A stretch of DNA of 64,000 bases from Hemiscyllium ocellatum (Eukaryota): contig NC_083413.1 in assembly GCF_020745735.1 (NCBI RefSeq), positions 28,892,001 through 28,956,000 of the forward strand, in the 5' to 3' direction. Position 1 is the stretch's first letter, and the number at the start of each line of letters is the position of its first letter. Below are positions 39,061 through 51,075 of this stretch, one piece after another. The notes under the pieces are model-generated. The model was given only the letters and a program-made list of their open reading frames with translations. It ran no database searches and was not told the DNA's origin. The position numbers and the translations under genes were made by a program.

Positions 39061-40882
39061 ACATGAGTTCCAATCCCACCGTATCAAATGATGGAATTTA
39101 AATTCATGTAATAATCCTGAAACTAAAAATTAGTCTGATACTGATTATATAACCATTACTGATTGTTGTAGAAACCCAAAGGGTTCACCAATGCCCTTTA
39201 CGGAAGGAGATATATTGTTGAAGCCTTAGTCGGCTAACATGTGACTCCAAATCCACAGCAATTCGGTTGACTCCTCTGCAATGGCTTCGCAAGCTATTCA
39301 ATTTTTGTTAAAAAAAAAACTGTTACACAGTTTAAAGAAGAGAATTAAACTGAATAGACCATACAACATCAACTGAGGCATCAGAAATGACAATGGAAAA
39401 CCCAACCCTGTAAATCCTGCAAAGTTCTCCGTACTAACATCTGTGAGCTTGTCCCAAAATTGGGTGAGCTGTGTCACAGACTATTCAAGTAACAGCCTGA
39501 CATTGTCTATAAAGTATGATTCTGTGAGTATGAATATGTCTCCAGACACTGCCATTTCCATCACCATCCCTGTGTATGCCCTATTCCACCATCAGAGGTG
39601 AGGTGGGGATATACGAGGTACGGTGGCACAGTGGTTAGCACTGCTGCCTCACAGCGCCAGGGACCTGGGTTCAATTCCCGCCTCAGGCGACTGACTGTGT
39701 GGAGTTTGCACATTCTCCCCGTGTCTGCGTGGGTTTCCTCCGGGTGCTCCGGTTTCCTCCCACAGTCCAAAGATGTGCGGGTCAGGCGAATTAGCCATGC
39801 TAAAATTGCCCATAGTGTTAGATTAGGGGTATATGTAGGGGTATGGGTGGGTTGCGCTTCGGCGAGTCGGTGTGGACTTGTTAGGGCGGCACGGTGGCAC
39901 AGTGGTTAGCACTGCTGCCTCACAGCGCCAGGGACCTGGGTTCAATTCCCGCCTCAGGTGACTGACTGTGTGGAGTTTGCACGTTCTCCCCGTGTCTGCG
40001 TGGGTTTCCTCCGGGTGCTCCGGTTTCCTCCCACAGTCACAAAGATGTGCGGGTCAGGTGAATTGGCCATGCTAAATTGCCCGTAGTGTTAAGTAAGGGG
40101 TAAATGTAGGGGTATGGGTGGGTGGCGCTTCGGTGGGTCGGTGTGGACTTGTTGGGCCGAAGGGCCTGTTTCCATGCTGTAAGTAATCTAATCTAATACA
40201 GTGTGGAAGGAATTGATCTGTGAATTTTCAACACTGACTTTGGATCCTGTGAAGTCTCAAACATGACTTAATCAAACAGGGGCAAGAAAACATACTGCTG
40301 ATTACCACGTAACACCCACTCAACTGACGGATGATGATTTTTATGCTGAACACCAGCTGAAGGAAGCTCTTGAGTGTGGCAAACATACAGTGCATAGTCG
40401 AGGGGAGGTATGCAACTTCATCACTGAACCATTCTTGATGATAGATATTTGCATACCTCATCTGAACTATTCACTGTGCCCTTGCCACCCTTTTAGAACA
40501 TGGGTAGTGCCACACAACATGAAGGAAAATATTCTCAATGTAAAGACGGGACTTTGTCTCCACAATGTGTAGTCATCTCTCCTGCCTATACTCTCATGGA
40601 CAAATACATTTCTGACAGATAGTTTGATGAGGATAATATCGAGTAAGTTTCTTTTCTGTATTGTTGGTTCCCTCATCACTTGCTGCAGATCCAGGTTAGT
40701 AGCTATGTCCTTTAGGTCTAATCAACTAATAAGCAAAGGAGACTCCACAAATATTCCTATTCTGAATCATACATTATTGCTTGAATAGTCTGTGAGACAG
40801 CTCGCCCAATTTTGGGAGTAGCTCACAGATGTTAGTAAGGAGAACTTTGCAGGATTTACAGGGTTGGGTTTGCCATTGTCAT
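39060..40882. mobile_element. Scrambled LINE endonuclease region with a DeuSINE-like 5' head, interrupted by an HE1 dimer
   Basis: 39060-39300 is homologous to SINE 5860-6090; plus strand NICELVPKLGELCHRLFK*QPDIV at 39436; minus strand REPT...NLLDIIL...VHESIGRRDD (ORF 40467..40679). Confidence 0.7.
39618..40197 (+). mobile_element. Head-to-tail HE1 V-SINE dimer (39618-39882 lacking its tail; 39884-40197 complete)
   Basis: Two consecutive A/B-box heads and V cores; CpG-rich. Confidence 0.93.
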
Positions 40883-41201
40883 GGGCGGCACGGTGGCACA
40901 GTGGTTAGCACTGCTGCCTCACAGCGCCTGAGACCCAGGTTCAATTCCCGACTCAGGCGACTGACTGTGTGGAGTTTGCACATTCTCCCCGTGTCTGCGT
41001 GGGTTTCCCCCGGGTGCTCCGGTTTCCTCCCACAGTCACAAAGATGTGCGGGTCAGGTGAATTGGCCAAGCTAAAATTGCCCGTAGTGTTAGGCAAGGGG
41101 TAAATGAAGGGGTATGGGTGGGTTGCGCTTCAGTGGGTCGGTGTGGACTTGTTGGGCTGAAGGGCCTGTTTCCACACTGTAAGTAATCTAATCTAATCTA
41201 A
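40883..41201 (+). mobile_element. HE1-type V-SINE, full length
   Basis: Same structure as 33893-34210. Confidence 0.93.
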
Positions 41202-41843
41202 CCAGGTCTTTGTGGCTCTGGAATTGGAAAGTTCAAATTCCTGTTGGCCAGTGCAACTCTCATGTTCGTTTGGGGGTGGTGCCTTTGCCATTATGGCTGC
41301 ACCATGTACAGCAATCCTGTGCAAGGTTCTCCAATTTGTCAGGGACAATGCTGAAAAATTCAGAATTTCCATCTACATGTTTCCTTTGAATTAGTTCAGT
41401 GTCGAACAACTTTCTTGTCAAGGGCTCACCAGGCATTTTGGTAAAAGCCTTGCTCATGGGGCCATTTTTCCAAATCAAATTTGGAAAAGCTAAATATTTT
41501 AATTTAGTACCTCCTGTGCCAAGTTGGTGGGGCCAGCTTCTGTTGAAATATTAAATGTACCATTGTGAGTCCCCAATATTTTTGAGGATTTTACAGTCTC
41601 AGTTAACTGGGGCAAGTGGCTCAGGAATGGAATGGAAATAACTACAAGGGAATTGTAAACATTGGTCTTTGATTTTTCCAATGACCATTTGGAGAAAGTT
41701 GTGACTGATCTGTGATTTGTTTTTGTCAGACCATGCTGCTTAAGGTTAAGAGTGGTTCAAATAGGTAGCAAAACACAGACAATAGGCATTAGTCACAGAA
41801 GCCAAATGGGTTGAATAGGGTTTTGAAAGACAGCCATTTACCA

Positions 41844-41930
41844 TGAAGGGCTTTAGCCCGAAATGTCGAATTTCCTGTTCCTTGGATGCTGCCTGACCTG
41901 CTGCGCTTTAACCAGCAACACATTTTCAGT
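41844..41930 (+). mobile_element. Truncated Penelope-derived element with 8-bp TSD
   Basis: tgaagggctttagcccgaaatgtcg...aacacattttcag; atttacca at 41836 and 41931. Confidence 0.8.
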
Positions 41931-42039
41931 ATTTACCAAGTCAGTCAGTTTCAGATCAGGAGGGGAAGTTGAATAGTCAGGAGTTGGCCGAGGAAAATTT
42001 AGAGATAGAAGAAGGTCATAGCTCTCTAACCGTGGCAAT

Positions 42040-42655
42040 ACCAGTAACTAAGATGGTAAAGAAGGCACAAACCATGCCGGGTCACTGAGTATAAAAGTTA
42101 GCAAGTCATGTTATATAAAATTTTAGTTAGGCCACAATTGAAGTTGTGTGCAAGTGCCACACCATAGAAAGGATGTAAAGGCTTTGGAGAGGGTGCAAAA
42201 CAGGTTTAACAGGATGTTGCCTGGACTGGAAAGTATTTAGTTATGAGGGGATTTGTTGGATTGTTTTCACTAGAGTGTTGGAGGCTGAAGGGCGACCTGA
42301 TTGAAGTATTTAAAATTAAGGGAGGCATGGATAGGGTGAATATTCAGAGACCTTTTTCCAGGGTAGAAATGCCAAATACGAGAGGGCATTGTTTTATGGT
42401 GAAGTGGGGGGTGGGTGAGGGGGAAGAGTTTAAAGGAGATGTGCAAGGCATGTTTTTTTTCCCAAATGGTGAAAAGCCCGGAACACGCTGCCAGAGGAGG
42501 CTGTAGTAGCAGATATGATTGCAATATTTAGACAGACACATTTACAAGCAGTGAATAGGGGGATGCAGACCATGAGTAGGCAGATGTGATTAGTTTAGAA
42601 TGACATCATGGTTGGCACAGAAATGGTGCCTACTCCTGTGCAATACTGTCCTATT
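42040..42655 (+). mobile_element. CR1-type LINE 3' fragment
   Basis: LFSLECWRLKGDLIEVFK, TRGH. Confidence 0.85.
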
Positions 42656-43274
42656 TTCAATGAGGTTTGGAGTGGGAGGAGGGATAATGAAGCAGAAGCT
42701 GTGATAGGAACAGGTGCCATACTTCTTCATTCCTCTCAGGATTTCAGAGGGAGACCTTCAATTTTAACAATGTTACAGTACAGTATGCATAGCCAATTGA
42801 AGCTGCTATGCTTTAGAAATAAAATTCCAATTAGTCCCACTCTTATCTACGCCATAGTCCTGAAACATTTTCATAAGATGATCCACTTTCCTTTTTTAGA
42901 CTACAATTAAATTACTCCACCCTTTCCAGCAATGCACTGAAGATCATGAGAACAAGACAATAATGATTTTCTACCCAACCAGTGTTTTAAACTGTAAAAG
43001 AACCTGGGAAAACCTTCTGCCAATAAATCTCAACAACGCATTTAGCAAAACTTTATTTTTTGTTGACAGAGCATGCAAAAAATCTAGTCTGTCACATTTC
43101 TATGTGTCCCATCATTTTCTCTGTTCCACCACTGATGAAAATTGATCACAGTTGTCTGATCGCTCTCTGCCAACTGGAATGTGGCTGTGCTTTATGGGGG
43201 AGGGGGTTGATATTTTATGGTTCTCTATTACAAGGAAGCATGCTTAGTATCACAATTCAGCAGCAATCACTCAC

Positions 43275-43404
43275 CTCTGGATGAGTGGAAGTGTTTACTG
43301 GGAGTAGTGAAACCTCGCGTTCCATGAATGTTGACTGCTGCTACTCTGAACTGGTACCATATGTTTGGTCTCATATTTTTCAGATCAACATGCTCCTCTA
43401 TTGT
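43275..43404 (-). CDS. anos1: anosmin exon 6 (FN3-1, C-terminal half): [43 protein letters not shown]
   Basis: ccctag|ACA...AGA G|gtgagt; 130 nt; [22 protein letters not shown] motif. Confidence 0.96.
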
Positions 43405-44315
43405 CTAGGGTATTGGAAAAGGGGAAATGAAGAGCAATTATTCAGTATGGACTTCACTGCAATATACTTGTGAACTCTGCAGGGATCAAAATGATGCATG
43501 ATGAGATTTATTGAGCTATGTAAAATCTCAGAATTAAATGTCAACTGATCGTAAAATATACTATCAAAATATACCAACATTTTTACTGATAATAATTTAC
43601 ATTACAAACAAGTAGCATACATAATTAGCATAAATAATTGGAGTACAACTAACTTTGCAAAAAGAAAGCTTTCTCACAGTGATAAGCTGATTCCAAGAGC
43701 AATTATCATCAGTGAACAGTGTTTATTCCACCATTAATCACAGTGTCCTCTCTCAATAAAATCAGTGTGTCACTAACAATGCACATTAGAACAGAAGTAA
43801 AACACCTCAACGCTGGTTCTGCCGTAATTTGTAAAATTTTGGATATTGAGATCCATGAGTTTCCAGTCTGACAGCACTGTAATTGAAGGGCTGACCAGTT
43901 TGAGAAGGTGATGGAATGTGAAGTAACAGGATGTCAACTGATAAAAAGGAACCATTTCATGGGCAAGACATACCTTTACAGAAATTTACAGACATCCCCA
44001 GGGTTGGTACATATAAAAATAAAGCTTTTACAACAATTGCAGATGAATGTAGTTACAGTCATGGGCAGTTATGTGCTTTAGAAATTAAGGTGATTGTTGT
44101 TTTGACTGGACCAGGGTCCCTTGTGCGCAGATGCACTAGGAATAAGCCGCGGAGTGAGAGAGGTTTGCAGGGAGAAGTACATAGCTTGCACTGTACCGCT
44201 GAAGTACAGGTTCTTGTCAGGATTGTGTTGGGTACTGAGGCACTTCTCCTCAGTGTGTAGAGCTGGGCATCAGTGCAATTAGGGAAGACAGGTTTCTGAG
44301 TGGTAGACCTTTTTT

Positions 44316-44638
44316 TTAGAATCCGTACTGTGTGGAAACAGGCCCTTCAGCCCAACAAGTCCCACACCGACCCTCGAAAGAGTAACCCACACAGACCCAT
44401 TCCCTACCCTATATATACACCTGACTAATAACTTACACTATGGGCAATTTAGCATGGCCAATTCACCTAATCTGCACATCTTTGGACTGTGGGAGGTAAC
44501 TGAAGCAGCGGAGGAAACACATGCAGACATGGGAAGAATGTGCAAGCTTCATACAGACAGTTGCTCGAAGCTGGAATCAAACCCGGCTTCTTGGCGCCGT
44601 GAGGCACCAGTGCTAACCATTGAGCCACCGTGCTGCCC
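44316..44638 (-). mobile_element. HE1-type V-SINE
   Basis: Reverse-complement SINE head, V core and tail. Confidence 0.9.
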
Positions 44639-45397
44639 ATAAGGAAAGAATCCATATCATCTGTCATTTCTGCAGCTCCAAGTATAGCCATGATGCTTTG
44701 CACACTGATGGAATCATGTGAGATGGCTTGGCCTTTCCTATGAACAGATGATGAGGAAGCCTGGACATCTTAACAACTGCCCTAAATAACATTTGGTCTC
44801 GATACTGAAACAGGTAAGATTGATGTCAGGAACTTGGACAGGAGCACAAGACGTCAGGTATCCAAAGGTGTGGGAGCAGAGGGAAAGAGGGGAAGGGGAG
44901 GAGAAATTAGGCACTGGCAGTGCAAGGGCCTAAAGATGTCATGTAGGACTCAGAGTGTGATATTGGCTTCCTCATTCACAAAAACATCACAAAAATTAAA
45001 TAAGCTAATTGCTAGCCTGTGGGCATATTTGTAGAAATTTATAAAAAATATATTTCTACAGCGTCAGCGCTCTTTCAGACTTATCATTAGAGCTTAAACA
45101 GCTTTTAAAGTAAAAGAGGACTGGCTGCTTCATTTAGGAAGAAATAATTACTCATTTTCTTTCCGTGCAGTTTGAAATGCAGTTAACAAATCACTGCAAT
45201 GCTGGGCCAGTGACTGGAACTATTGCATACAAAGTAGATAGCACATTCTCCATTTCTCACACGGGGAGGAAGAGAATTTATAGCAGGGAAGCTAAAACAC
45301 CTCTACAATAATTAAATTATTTGGTTCTTAGCCATGTCAAAACAAAGAATACACAGCATATCCGGTCTGAGAGAATTTGTCTCCTATGAAAGCTTAC

Positions 45398-45582
45398 ATA
45401 AGCGACTGTCTCCCACTTGCTAGCATCATCTTCATTTGGATACATTCCAGAGTTCCATCTTCTCTGCAATATATAAAATACTGGTTCCATAGAAATATTA
45501 AACTTGGACATCCACGCAACTGCTACATTTCCATTCTTGTCTTCTGAGAAACTCAATTCCTTTCTGGGCTTCAATGGAACAC
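45398..45582 (-). CDS. anos1: anosmin exon 5 (FN3-1, N-terminal half): VPLKPRKELSFSEDKNGNVAVAWMSKFNISMEPVFYILQRRWNSGMYPNEDDASKWETVAY
   Basis: cctttaag|GT...TAT|gtaagc; 185 nt; overlaps ORF 45317..45574. Confidence 0.96.
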
Positions 45583-46464
45583 CTTAAAGGCAATGAAAAG
45601 TCTTCAAAACACAACTGTATTCACAGCATTACAATGTAGCTTGCCTTCAGAGACATACATATATGTGCTAGACCTATTATGTCTGTACAAAAGATTAGCA
45701 CAGTCAAGTTATTGAGTAAGTATCAATTCTTCCCTCAAAATCTGTTTCTCTGCTGAGGAAGGTATGCAAGACACATGGGACATGTGCTTAGTATATTTGC
45801 TCAGGCTTGTATAAGAAAAATAACACCAGATGGTTACAAACACACAGTGTACAACATAGGAAATAGAACATTCATGCACATGCCATACAGAAAATGGATT
45901 ATTATTATCAAAGAGTGATTTTCCCAAATGGAAATGATATCCAGTCACAGCCTTTTACGACTCTTGTAATAATGAGGGATCCATAAAGCAAAGTGTGTAA
46001 TATTACCTTGACAGAATCTTTATACATGTTTTTAATTAACTGGAGTGATATATGTGGCTACTTTATGAGGTGTGAAGCTATTTTCCAGAACAGCCTTATA
46101 GAGGTTTTTATAGAAAGAAAGAGGTGTCAGAGGCCATTTCGTCATATGTTTTCTCTCAAATGAGCTGCTCAACTGAACAGAGTTATGGACAAATGTACAG
46201 GGCATGTTTATGGAAACATCACATTGCTATGAGAGAACTCTATTTTAAGAATGTGTGAGATGGGATTTTCCTGGGTTTGTATTGGAAAATCAGGTGGGTT
46301 GAAGCACAAGCAGATGTCCTGATGTTAAATTAATGTGTGGAAAGTTGGATGTGTTCCTTCACAGATCTCTCAACTGCACAATTTTACAATACAGTATTTA
46401 CTGAGCTGAGGCAACCTCTACTCCTGGTGATGGGCCCAAGAAAAATCTCCCTATTTATGTGAAT

Positions 46465-47462
46465 AGTCATAGAGATGAACAGCATGGAAACAGACCCTTC
46501 GGTCCAACCTGTCCATGCCGACCAGATATCCCAACCCAATCTAGTCCCACCTGCCAGCACCCGGCCCATATCCCTCCAAACCCTTCCTATTCATATACCG
46601 ACCCAAATGCCTCTTAAATGGTGCAATGTATCAGCCTCCACCACATCCTCTGGCAGCTCATTCCATACACGTACCACCCTCTGCGTGAAAAAGTTGTCAA
46701 ATGCCTTACTGAAGTCCATATAGATCACATCTATTGCTCTGCTCTCATCAATCTTCTTTGTTCTTCTTCAAAAAACTCAATCAAGTTTGTGAGTCATGAT
46801 TTCCCACGCACAAAGCCATGTTGACTCTCCCTAATCAGTCCTTGCCTTTCCAAATACATGTACATCCTGTCCATCAGGATTCCCTCCAACAATTTGTCCA
46901 CCAAGGTCAGGCTCACTGGTCTATAGTTCCCTGGCTTGTCTTTACTGCCCTTCTTAAACAGTGGCACCACGTTTGCCAACCTCCAGTCTTCCGGCACTTC
47001 ACCTGTGACAATCGATGACACAAAATATCTCAGCAAGAGGCCCAGTAATCACTTTTCTAGCTTCCCACAGAGTTCTCGGGTACACCTGATCAGGTCCTGG
47101 TGATTTATCCACCTTTAACCGTTTCAAGACATCCAGCACTTCCTCCTCTGTAATCTGGACATTTTGCAAGATGTCACCATCTATTTCCCTCCAGTCTATA
47201 TCTTCCATATGCTTTTCCACAGTAAATACAGATGCAAAATATTCATTTAGTATCTCCCCCATTTTCTGTGGCTCCACACAAAGGCTGCCTTGCTGATCTT
47301 TGAGGGGCCCTATTCTCTCCCTAGTTACCCTTTAGTCCTTTATATATTTATAAAATCCCTTTGGATTCTCCTTAATTCTATTTGCCAAAGCTATCTCATG
47401 TCCCCTTTTTGCTCATCTGATTTCCCTCTTAAATATACTCCGACTTCCTTTATACTCTTCTA
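46465..47462 (-). mobile_element. CR1/HER1 copy with internal deletion (3' end 46465-46696 joined to the RT N-terminal part)
   Basis: Collinear with 31745-31978 and with 30100-30855; KSPGPDQVYPR intact. Confidence 0.9.
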
Positions 47463-48274
47463 AGAATAGTCTAATATAAAATAAATTAGAGATGTTTCAG
47501 TTCTGGCCGTTGCCTAGATAATGACACAGCAGGTTACAATAGCTACTTTAAAGGCACGATGACCGAATGCCAGTTTTGAAAAGTGAACTTGGGAAAGTAT
47601 TCATTTGAATGAATCTTTTTTTAAAATTTTCTGTTTGAATAAGAAACACTCAGAACATTGGGGAACTGATTAGAGGGATTCTTAACATGAGCAAAATTTG
47701 ACTGATCAGTGAAAATAGTGATTAATCAAAGGTGCCAGAGTAATTTTGGAAAGATAACTCCACGTGTGTTAAGTCATGCTAAGCTTTGCTAGCATGTTCC
47801 TGAAATTGTCAGAAACAAAAGCAGATCGCAAGGAAAAAATTAACTGCTTGTTTACTTTTGACAAGAGGGTCGATGGAAACTGCATGCCTCTGCAGAAATC
47901 AAATGCTCATAAAATGCGTAAAATTGGCCCAGATCACCCAGAAATGAAATTCTTTTTCCTTGATCGGACATTTAAAAAAAACAGATCTACCTGGAGGGAG
48001 TTCACCATGTGAACAACTGAAGCGATCTCGTCCAGATCAGGGATTCACACAGCCAGTAACAGAGTGAATTGACATTGAAACCATGCTAAGTTTCATGACA
48101 CTAGTTGCTATATTCCAAGTTTTAAAGGTGCTGAAACCTCTTTGACAGCGGCTATGAAAAGATAAGTGTGAAAGGAAAATGGGAGAGGAGTAAGGCGAGG
48201 GGTAAGGTGACAGATAGGTCATGGGGCTAAGGTGCTAAATAAGTGAAGAGATACAGGTGACAGGTGAACATAGT

Positions 48275-48412
48275 TCCAGGTGGAAGGGTCACTGGACCAG
48301 AAATGTTGACTCTGTCTTTCTATCCACAGTTGCTACCAGAGCTACCTAGGTTTCACCAGCACCTTTTGTCTTTTTGTTTCAGATGTCCAGCATTCACAGT
48401 TCTTTGTTTTAT
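48275..48412 (+). mobile_element. Old Penelope-derived short element
   Basis: gaagggtcactggaccagaaatgttgactc (eroded hammerhead) ... tccagcattcacagttctttgtttt tail. Confidence 0.55.
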
Positions 48413-48649
48413 ATCAAGGTTCCAGGAGGATGGGTTTAGGATGGCAGGTATCTGGGTGAGTGCTTAGGGCTGATTACTGGGGTTAGGCTGGAAGAGGGAG
48501 TTGGCAACTGTCGAGTGGATCTGGATGGGATGTGGTCTTGGGGATCAAGGGGAGATGATGGGCCATCAGGTCAGGCTAGAAAGTTGAGTCTCTAAGGAGT
48601 TGAATAGTGGGTTTGGGGATGTCGTTGAGTGTCTCTGGGTAGTTGGAGA

Positions 48650-48651
<2 letters not shown>

Positions 48652-48686
<35 letters not shown>
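48652..48686 (+). repeat. (GT)n microsatellite
   Basis: About 17 GT units. Confidence 0.97.
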
Positions 48687-48687
<1 letters not shown>

Positions 48688-49014
48688 TGCAGTCAGTCAG
48701 CAGGTTTTCATTCCTGTGCTCTCTGTTTAAAAGGAGAGACACTTAGTGATGGTTCAATCTGGGGCTAATTGTGTTGAGAAAGAGGTTACTTTTTTGGTAA
48801 CCTCTGCTGGTGCAGGAATTGAATCCACACTGTTAGCATCACTTTGCATTACAAACCAGTCATCCAGCTAATTGAGCTAACTGACCCCCTTTTGAAATCT
48901 TGACTTAAACAGTTATAAATCATACACACTCTGAATTGTATATAGCCCTACAAAATATAAAATAAAAATCAACTGAACTTTGAATGACTTTGTCTTCTGT
49001 CTGTATGATCTTAC

Positions 49015-49222
49015 CCTTGAACATATTTGATGGTACTTGGCAGGTCTGGCCACAGCCATTTGAACAACACTTTCTAGAGCCTGGGCACTCTGTGTCTGAA
49101 CTGCAACTCTGGACACAGGCTGCTGCAAAGCCTGAGGCTTTCTGTGGTGCTGGACAGTCACCTTGCTTCACCATCCGAATAGATTTCAGAAACTCACAGC
49201 TTGTCAAACATTCGTGGTGTTT
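49015..49222 (-). CDS. anos1: anosmin exon 4 (WAP domain): [70 protein letters not shown]
   Basis: ttttgcattctag|AAA...AAG G|gtaaga; 208 nt; 8-Cys WAP signature nearly identical to anosmin-1; overlaps ORF 48920..49207. Confidence 0.97.
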
Positions 49223-49429
49223 CTAGAATGCAAAAGTAAGCATTTTCAAACCACTGTACAAATGTACGCTAAAAGAATCACCTTCATGTACTGAGAGAAT
49301 TGGGTATTATAAAATTTGAGACTGGAGTTTAAGTCTGCCTCAAAACCCATATTGATGGCAGATACAAAACAAATTCCGGAAGTATATCACAAAACAATTG
49401 GTCAGGTCGTTGTTAAACACTATTTGTTA

Positions 49430-50770
49430 TAGACCTGGTAATCATTGACCAGTGAGCCTTACTTCAGTTGTGGGTAAAGTGTTGGAAAAGGTTATAAGAA
49501 ATAGGATTTATAATCATCTGGAAAGGAATATGTTGATTAAGGATAGTCAACACGGTTTTGTAGAGGGTAGGTTGTGCCGTACAAACCTTATTGAGTACTT
49601 TGAGAAGGTGACCAAACAGGTGGATGAGGGTGAAGTGATTGATGTGGTGTATATGGATTTCAGTAAGACGTTTGATAAGGTTCCCCACAGTAGGCTAATG
49701 CAGAGGCATAGGATTGAGGGTGATTTAGTGGTTTGGTTTGGAAATTGGCTAGCTGAAAGAAGACAGAGAGTGGTGGTTAATGGAAGTATTCATCCTGGAG
49801 TTCAGTTACTCATAGTGGACTGTAAAGATCTGTTTTGGGGCAACTGCTGTTTGTCATTTTTATATATGACCAGATGAGAGCATAGAAGGATGGGTTAGTA
49901 AATTTGCAGGTGACACCAAGGTCAGGAGAGTTGTGAATAGTGCTGAAGAATGTTGTAGGTTACAGAAGGACACAGATAAGCTGCAGAGCTGGGCTGAGAA
50001 GTGACAAATGGAGTTTAATGTGGAAAAGTGTGAGGTGATTCACTTTGGAAAGAGTAACAGGAATGCAGAGTATTGGCTAATGGTAAGATTCTTGGTAGTG
50101 TAGATGAACAGAGAGATCTCGGTGTCCAGGTGCATAGATCCTTGAAAAGTGCCACACAGGTTGACAGGATTGTTAAGAAAGTATACAGTGTGTAAGCTTT
50201 TATTGGTAGAGGGATTGAGTTTTGGAACCATGAGGTCATGTTGTAGCTGTACAAAACTCTGGTGCGGCTGTACTTGGAGTATTGCGTACATTTCTGGTCA
50301 CGGCATTATAGGAAGGATGTGGAAGCTTTGGAAAGGGGTCAGAGGAGACTTATTAGGATGTTGCTTGATACAGAGAGAAGGTCTTACGAGGAAAGACTGA
50401 GGGATTTGAGGTTGAGAGGTGACTTAATTGAGACATATAAGATAATCAGAGGGTTAGACAGGTTGGACAGTAAGAGCTTTTTTTCTCAAGTGGTGAAGGC
50501 TAGCACGAGGTGGCATATCTTTAAATTGAGGGGTGATAGATATAGGACAGATGTCAGAAGTAGTTTCTTTACTCAGAGTAGTAGGGGCGTGGAACGCATT
50601 GCCTGCAACAGTAATAGACACGCCAACTTTAAAGGCACTAAGTGGTCATTGGATAGGCTTATGGACAAAAATATAATAGTGGAGGTTAAATGTGCTTCAG
50701 ATTGGTTGCACAGGTCGGCGCAACATTGAGGGCCGAAGGGCCTGTACTGTGCTGCAATGTTCCATGTTCA
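49430..50770 (+). mobile_element. CR1-type LINE RT/3' fragment
   Basis: SLTSVVGKVLE, YMDFSKTFDKVPH, LEYCVHFWS; tail gggccgaagggcctgtactgtgctg. Confidence 0.92.
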
Positions 50771-50853
50771 TTTTCTCCTGTAGCATGGGTTTTTGTTACT
50801 GCTACTGGTGATCCTGTAAATACTGCTTCCTGACATATCCATGACATCTCCAG

Positions 50854-51075
50854 AAGTTAAAATTCACCGAACACCAGGTTATAGTCCAACAGGTTTATTT
50901 GGAAGCACTAGGTTTTGAAGCACCAACCATCAGGTGGTTGTAGAGGTTGAGACCTCCTGATAAAAAAGCTGCACTCTGAAAGCTATTGCTTCCAAATAAA
51001 CCAGTTGGACTATAGCCTGGTGTTCGGTGATTTTTAACTTTGTCCACCCCAGTTAACACCAGCACCTCCAAGTAT
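50854..51075. mobile_element. Penelope-derived fold-back element, family 2
   Basis: Arms 50854-50915 / 50979-51040; decayed hammerhead CTGATAA...GAAAGCTA at 50957-50985; 35-nt tail; tctccag duplicated at 50847 and 51076. Confidence 0.85.

Noticed and set aside
48920-49207. Stand-alone WFDC/WAP protease-inhibitor gene
   Set aside because: It is an internal exon spliced in phase to FN3 exons of anosmin.
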